A DNA stretch of 64,000 nucleotides, taken from positions 213,351-277,350 of the forward strand of contig JBBDYJ010000035.1 in the NCBI GenBank assembly GCA_040901675.1, written 5' to 3'. Under the pieces are notes generated by a model. It was not told the DNA's origin. It made no database searches and saw only the letters and a program-made list of their open reading frames with translations. Each line of letters begins with the position of its first letter. Position 1 is the first letter of the stretch. Shown here one piece after another: positions 58,681-64,000 of the stretch. The position numbers and the translations under genes are program-made. This DNA comes from Pirellulales bacterium (GTDB lineage: Bacteria; Planctomycetota; Planctomycetia; Pirellulales; JAICIG01).

Positions 58681-60114
58681 ATGCCAACACTCCTGGTCGT
58701 GGACGACGAACCCTCCATCCTGCACTTCTTCCGAAGAGCGTTCCGTGATCCGGAAGTCAGGTTGCTGACCGCGTCCTCCGCGGCCGAAGGGCTGGCGATG
58801 GTCGTGGACGATCGGCCGGACGTGGCCGTACTGGACATTAATCTCTCGGGCGATTCAGGGCTGGAGCTGTTCGGCCGCATCCAGCAAGTGGATGCCAAGC
58901 TGCCGGTGATCTTAATCACGGGGCACGGGACGACAGCGACGGCCATCGACGCGATGCGACTGGGCGCGTTCGAATACCTGCTCAAACCCCTCGAACTCGA
59001 GGAGTTGACGGACCTGGTGGACCGGGCCTTCGAAATCAGCCGGCTGATGCGGATACCGGCCGTCATCCCGGAGGACAAAGAGACGCCCGAGAGTTCCGAC
59101 GCCCTGGTCGGCAGCAGTCCGCCCATGCAGCAACTCTACAAGTCGATTGGCCGGGTCGCGCCGCGGAACGTGACCGTGCTCGTCCGCGGGGAGAGCGGCA
59201 CCGGTAAGGAGCTGGTTGCTCGGGCCATCTACCACTACAGCCATCGTTCGCAGGGTCCGTTTCTGGCCATCAACTGCGCAGCCATTCCTGAAACGTTGCT
59301 GGAAAGCGAGCTGTTCGGCCATGAGAAGGGGGCGTTCACGGGGGCGGACCGGCGGCGGATCGGCAAGTTCGAGCAGTGCCGCGGCGGTACGCTGTTTCTC
59401 GACGAAATCGGAGACATGCCCCCCCTCACGCAGACGAAGATTCTGCGCGTGCTTCAGGGACAGGAGTTTGAACGCGTCGGCGGCAACGAGCAGATTCGCA
59501 CCGATGTCCGGATCATTGCCGCCACGAATCGCGACCTCGAGCGGATGATAACAGAAGGCACGTTTCGCGGCGATTTATACTACCGGCTGAACATATACAC
59601 TCTCACGTTGCCGCCCCTGCGAGAGCGGGGTGATGATCTCGTCCTGCTCGCGGATCACTTCGTGCGAGCATTCAGTCGCGAACTCGAGAAGGACGTTCGC
59701 ACGATCGCCCCCGAGGCCATGGACGTGCTCAATCGCTACTCCTGGCCCGGCAATGTCAGAGAGTTACAGAGCGTCGTCAAGCAATCGCTCCTTCGGGCCA
59801 CTGGGCCGGTCCTCCTGCCGGGTTTTCTTCCCGACGTCCTGCGCGGCGAACCAAAACAACCTGGCGCCGGCGATACTACGTCGAGCTTCGAGAACCTTAC
59901 GGAATATATCCAGGCTCAATTGCGCGCGGGAACAACTTCCTTGTATTCCGACGTGCAGGCCATTACCGACCGGCGCCTACTCACCGAAGTGCTTACCTAT
60001 GCGGCGGGCAACCTGTCGCGGGCGGCGAAATACCTGGGGATTTCGCGCGCTACTCTCAGGGGCCGGTTAACCGCGCTGGGGCTCTCCGCCGAAGATTTCG
60101 GGGCTCATCGTTGA
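58681..60114 (+). CDS. Sigma54-dependent response regulator (NtrC family)
   Basis: Canonical receiver (VVDDE, VLDI, LITG, LKP); GESGTGKE; GAFTGA; HTH. Confidence 0.95.
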   Translation: MPTLLVVDDEPSILHFFRRAFRDPEVRLLTASSAAEGLAMVVDDRPDVAVLDINLSGDSGLELFGRIQQVDAKLPVILITGHGTTATAIDAMRLGAFEYLLKPLELEELTDLVDRAFEISRLMRIPAVIPEDKETPESSDALVGSSPPMQQLYKSIGRVAPRNVTVLVRGESGTGKELVARAIYHYSHRSQGPFLAINCAAIPETLLESELFGHEKGAFTGADRRRIGKFEQCRGGTLFLDEIGDMPPLTQTKILRVLQGQEFERVGGNEQIRTDVRIIAATNRDLERMITEGTFRGDLYYRLNIYTLTLPPLRERGDDLVLLADHFVRAFSRELEKDVRTIAPEAMDVLNRYSWPGNVRELQSVVKQSLLRATGPVLLPGFLPDVLRGEPKQPGAGDTTSSFENLTEYIQAQLRAGTTSLYSDVQAITDRRLLTEVLTYAAGNLSRAAKYLGISRATLRGRLTALGLSAEDFGAHR

Positions 60115-60119
60115 TCTAC

Positions 60120-63100
60120 TCAGGGCTTGACGAGGTCGAAATCGGCCGTGCCGCGGCCCAGGTAGATGTGGTCGAACAGGGCGAACTCGCCGTCCTGCGG
60201 GCTTAAGGCAATTCCGGTCAACGTGAACTCCCCAAAGTCGGCAAACAAGTCGCGCGTGACGACCACAAAGTCGGTGGGAAGCGCCTGATCAATTCTCAGG
60301 GCCGCCCCATAGCTCTCCCCCTGGGCCGGACCGGCGTCGTAGCGGAACTTGCCGGGGTTGTCCGGCTGCGGCCCCCACTTGCCATCGTGATTCAGTTGCA
60401 GGCAGATTCGCTCACCCCCCTGCTTTTTCCAGGCGAAACGCAGGAAGCGATACTCGCCCACGCCCGGCTTCTCACGGATCTTGACTCCCAGGCCGGGCAG
60501 GGCCGGGTTGTACCGCTGGCCGGGCGTGACTTTGACGCTGGCGGCCCCGGAGTACTTTTCGTCCGCGAGCAGCGTCGCAGTGCCGTCTCCCTCGCTCAGG
60601 TTGGCCACGAATTCCGGCTGGTCCTCGAACACGGCCAGCGGCTGCTCGGCGGCGGGGGGCTGGGGGCAGCCCTGCAGGTCGTCGGCCGTGCGGGCCAGGT
60701 AAACGTGGTCGAACAGGGCGTGCTCGCCGTCGCTGGCGGTAAAGGCCAGCCCGTCGAGCGAGAAAGCGCCGAAATCGGCGAACAGGTCGCGGGTCACAGC
60801 GACCCACGATTCGGGCAGTTTCTCATCGATCTTGATGGCGGCGGCCTTGTACGGATTGTCGCCCGGGCCGGCTTCGTAGCGGTAGGCGGGCGAAGGCTCG
60901 CCTCGCAAGGGTCCCCAGTTGCCGTTGGCGTTGAGCTGCAGCATCACGTTGCTGCCGGTGCGCTTCTTCCAGGCGAACCGCAGATAGCGGTATTCCCCCT
61001 CGCCCGGATTCTCCGCGATCTTCAATCCCAGGCCGGGCAGGCTGGCGCGAAAGCGCTGGTCGGGCGTGACCTTGAAGGCGGCCTGGCCGGTGTATCGGTC
61101 GGCCGGTTCGAGCGTGACCTGCCCGCCGCCTTCGGTGAGCAGGGCGAGGAAGTGGGGCTCGTCTTCAAACAACTGGTAGAGGGCGGGTGGCGGCCCGCCG
61201 GGCACGATGTTGACGGCGACGAGTATCTCGTTCGACTTGACGGCGAGCTGCGGGTTGAGGCGGGCGATCGCCACGACCTTGACGTTGGGCACTTGGCCTG
61301 GAGTCGAGCCGTAGGGGAACGAGACGCTCAAGGAGAAGTCGTTCTGATCGGCAGCCAGCTCGAGCTGGGGCGCGGGCAAATGCGGCGGCAGCCCCTCGAG
61401 CGTGATGGATAGAGGCTGAACGAAGGTGCCGAGGCGCTGTACCTTGCCGGAGATCACGCCTGTTTCGCCCGAACCCGCCTTGGCTTCGACCTTCGGCTCG
61501 CCGGCCAGCTCGATGACCAGCGGCTGCGTGGTCACCAGGCGGCGGGCTGGAGTCGTGGCGCTGGCCAGCACGGTCTTTCCGTCGTCGGCCAGCAGGTCGG
61601 CCTGGATCGCCAGGTCATAGGGGATGTTGGGCAAGTCGCCGGGAACCAGCAGGTTGACAACCGCGGTGGATTGATCGGCCGCGATCATGGGCGTGCCTTC
61701 GAATCGCAAGGCACGGTCCGTGTCGTCGACCTGCTTGTCCTGGTTGTTTTCCTTGATGGTCTTCTTGGGCACGATCTGGCTGGTCAACAGCGAGAGCCGC
61801 ACCGCGCCGGCGGTGCCTTCGTTGCGCGTCACCGCCAGGTCCGTGGGCAGGCTGGCGCCCAGCGGCAGCCTGCTCTCGTCCGACCCGCCCCAGGCCAGGG
61901 CCAGCGGCAGCGGCTGGGCGCCGGACACGGCCAGCTCGCCTCGCAGCCAAGGCTGATGTTTGGAGATCATGGTCTCCGGCAATCGGGCCACGCGCTCCAG
62001 CGAGACGCCCTCCTCGGTGCTCTTGCCGATCACGCTGGTCAGCGCGGGCCCAACGACCTGGTCGCCCGCCGAGACCGACAGCAACGTATCGGTGGCACCG
62101 GCTGGAATCTCGTCGCCGCTGATGCTCACGCCCGCGGGCAAGCCTGGCACCGTCAGCTTGATGGGGCCGTTGTAACCGGCCCGATTGGCGCGGACCCGCA
62201 CCACGGTGCTGCCCATTCTTGGCAGCGGCAGGCGGGTGGCCAGCAGATCGAGACTGAAGTCGGGCCGCCCGGCCGGGATTGCGGCCAGGCGATAAATGAA
62301 CTCGGCACCGCCGCCTCGCTGCCGATCCGTGATGGCCACCACGATCGAGTCGACGCCCGCGGGAACCGTGAAGTCGAGACCGGGGTCGGCCGTGCCGGGA
62401 CGATCGTCGCTGTTGGCCAGCTCCGCACCGGCCGCATTGCGGACCGACAGCACTCCGTCCAACGGCGAACCCACGCGATCCGCCAGGACATCCAACTTCA
62501 AAACGGTTCCGGCGGGCGCATTGATCTGGTAACGGTCCTCTTCCCCGGCGGCCGACAGCCGCCCGCTGACGGCCATCGGCGGAGTCAATTGCTGCAACTG
62601 CCCCTCGGCCGCGGCCGTCTCCAGAAGTTCCTCGTAATCGGTGTACACGACGCCGGGCTGGGCTCCCGACAGCCCCTCGACCGCCGGCCAGGGCACCGGC
62701 GCCGGGCCCGGCGCGGGCACGTCGCCCGACTCGACGGCCAACGACTCCGGAAGATTCGTCGAGACGAACTCGAGCCGGGTCTTGGTCCCGCGGCGCACGG
62801 CCAGAGGATAGACCATGTCCGCATAGCGGAGCGCGCCGACCTTGAGCCGGAAGTGGCCCGGCGCGGGGCCCCGAAACGTCGCATCGTGCAACTCGATGGT
62901 GTACCGGCCGTCGGCGGGCAACTGGACGGCCAGCCGGGCGTCGCCAAAGATTGCCCGGAAAGTGTGGGCCCAGGCCAATTGAACGTTCCGGCTATCGTAG
63001 AGCCGCAGTACCGGATTGAACTCGGTCCCCAGCCGGCGGCCCTCGACTTCGACCACGATGGCCTGCCCCTTTGTGCCCGTGAACGACGTGCGCAACACGG

Positions 63101-63527
63101 TGCTCCCCTCGAGCCGGCCAGTCAAGGCCACCGGCAGGCTGGCGATCTCGGGGGCGAAAGGCAACTCAGGCAGGTGATCGACGCCGATGCCAACCGCATC
63201 GGAGATGCCGCCCGTGGTGGCCAGCCTCAACTGGTGGATGCCGGGCATCACGCCTGCGTCCAACGTGACCTCGATTTCGAGGCGGTTTGCCGTGGCGCCT
63301 TCCTTGACCGTCTGCTGGGCGACCGGAACGGGAAGCACCAGGCGCGGCTCGGGCAACAGGTCGGACCCCTCGACGACCAGCGTCGTCGTGCCACCGGTCT
63401 GTAGGCCGCGGAGCGAGAGATTGCTGATGGTCGGCGGGGCCGCGGCCAGCAGGCGGGCCGGGCCGCAAACGATCAAGGCCACCAACAGCCCACGGACCAT
63501 CGTGGGCCGGAACGCACGGCACGTCAT
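60120..63527 (-). CDS. Large exported planctomycete PPC-domain protein with a duplicated C-terminal domain
   Basis: Signal peptide; LPADGRYTIELHD; GEEDRY; GSPLDGVL; two YR(Y/F)LRFAWKK repeats. Confidence 0.8.
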   Translation of the reverse strand: MTCRAFRPTMVRGLLVALIVCGPARLLAAAPPTISNLSLRGLQTGGTTTLVVEGSDLLPEPRLVLPVPVAQQTVKEGATANRLEIEVTLDAGVMPGIHQLRLATTGGISDAVGIGVDHLPELPFAPEIASLPVALTGRLEGSTVLRTSFTGTKGQAIVVEVEGRRLGTEFNPVLRLYDSRNVQLAWAHTFRAIFGDARLAVQLPADGRYTIELHDATFRGPAPGHFRLKVGALRYADMVYPLAVRRGTKTRLEFVSTNLPESLAVESGDVPAPGPAPVPWPAVEGLSGAQPGVVYTDYEELLETAAAEGQLQQLTPPMAVSGRLSAAGEEDRYQINAPAGTVLKLDVLADRVGSPLDGVLSVRNAAGAELANSDDRPGTADPGLDFTVPAGVDSIVVAITDRQRGGGAEFIYRLAAIPAGRPDFSLDLLATRLPLPRMGSTVVRVRANRAGYNGPIKLTVPGLPAGVSISGDEIPAGATDTLLSVSAGDQVVGPALTSVIGKSTEEGVSLERVARLPETMISKHQPWLRGELAVSGAQPLPLALAWGGSDESRLPLGASLPTDLAVTRNEGTAGAVRLSLLTSQIVPKKTIKENNQDKQVDDTDRALRFEGTPMIAADQSTAVVNLLVPGDLPNIPYDLAIQADLLADDGKTVLASATTPARRLVTTQPLVIELAGEPKVEAKAGSGETGVISGKVQRLGTFVQPLSITLEGLPPHLPAPQLELAADQNDFSLSVSFPYGSTPGQVPNVKVVAIARLNPQLAVKSNEILVAVNIVPGGPPPALYQLFEDEPHFLALLTEGGGQVTLEPADRYTGQAAFKVTPDQRFRASLPGLGLKIAENPGEGEYRYLRFAWKKRTGSNVMLQLNANGNWGPLRGEPSPAYRYEAGPGDNPYKAAAIKIDEKLPESWVAVTRDLFADFGAFSLDGLAFTASDGEHALFDHVYLARTADDLQGCPQPPAAEQPLAVFEDQPEFVANLSEGDGTATLLADEKYSGAASVKVTPGQRYNPALPGLGVKIREKPGVGEYRFLRFAWKKQGGERICLQLNHDGKWGPQPDNPGKFRYDAGPAQGESYGAALRIDQALPTDFVVVTRDLFADFGEFTLTGIALSPQDGEFALFDHIYLGRGTADFDLVKP

Positions 63528-63747
63528 GGCAGACACCTCTTTGCTGTCTTTGGGCACTCGGGGCCGCCGGTTCGAGGCGATCCGAGGCCAGGCAGCAGAC
63601 AAGCACGGTTTGCGGGGGAGGCAGTTGGCAGGAACATCATCGAACCGCGGGGCGCCGAGCCGCCGGTGCTCCCAGCGCGGTAACGCGTGGCCGGCGTCAA
63701 GCGGAGCACCGGCCGGTTCGAAACCGTGATTATACAACGGCGGGCGC

Positions 63748-64000
63748 TCAGTTGCCAAACGGGTCGCCGTCGGCGTCGCCTTCGTCGTCGGGCTCGGCCG
63801 AGCCGTCGTCTTCACCAAACGGGTCGTCGGTGTCCGCTTCGGGAAAGTCGGTGTCGGCTTCCGGCGGCGGCTGGTCGCCGTCAGCCTCTGGAGCATCGAT
63901 CCCGAACACGTCGTCGTCCGGCAGGTCGTCGCCCGGCAGCTCGTCGTCCGGCACTTCGTTGTCCGGCACTTCGTTGTCCGGCACTTCGTTGTCCGGCACT
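63748..64000 (-). CDS. Acidic low-complexity C-terminus of a protein starting beyond the window
   Basis: PDNEV repeats, D/E-rich, ends DPFGN*. Confidence 0.65.
   Translation of the reverse strand, partial: VPDNEVPDNEVPDNEVPDDELPGDDLPDDDVFGIDAPEADGDQPPPEADTDFPEADTDDPFGEDDGSAEPDDEGDADGDPFGN
63946..64000. repeat. 15-bp coding tandem repeat GTCCGGCACTTCGTT
   Basis: At least three exact copies, cut by the window end. Confidence 0.9.

Noticed and set aside
63528..63896. N-terminal extension of the 1258-aa ORF
   Set aside because: It overlaps the acidic upstream CDS; the RBS and signal peptide support a start at 63527

Overview
GC-rich chromosomal DNA, most likely from a planctomycete (Pirellulales-like), judged by a PVC-type CxxCH heme protein, a planctomycete-style TolC/adaptor/permease cluster, a PPC-domain giant protein and a stand-alone RNAP alpha-CTD. 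It holds about 45 CDS, mostly transport and metabolism: a sugar ABC, an ABC-2 exporter, fadJ-fadA-fadD, hemW, uppP, ldhA and cyclases. Intergenic REP-like hairpins and short tandem repeats are frequent. I found no rRNA, tRNA or CRISPR array. Main points of interest: (1) a 406-bp element at 34855-35260 with 25-bp terminal inverted repeats around a frameshifted CHC2 zinc-finger gene; (2) a ~9.3-kb stress island (about 50790-60117) with four sigma54 promoter motifs, a GAF kinase/NtrC pair, dps, rnk, a P-type ATPase and three gene stubs; (3) a sigma54 activator with a degenerate receiver domain abutting a Ser/Thr kinase; (4) a transcobalamin-like DUF4430 plus DUF6580 pair, a candidate minimal B12 uptake unit; (5) an alpha-CTD/DUF3592/arrestin-like/AAA+ cluster. 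All family assignments come from motif recognition by eye; no database searches were run.
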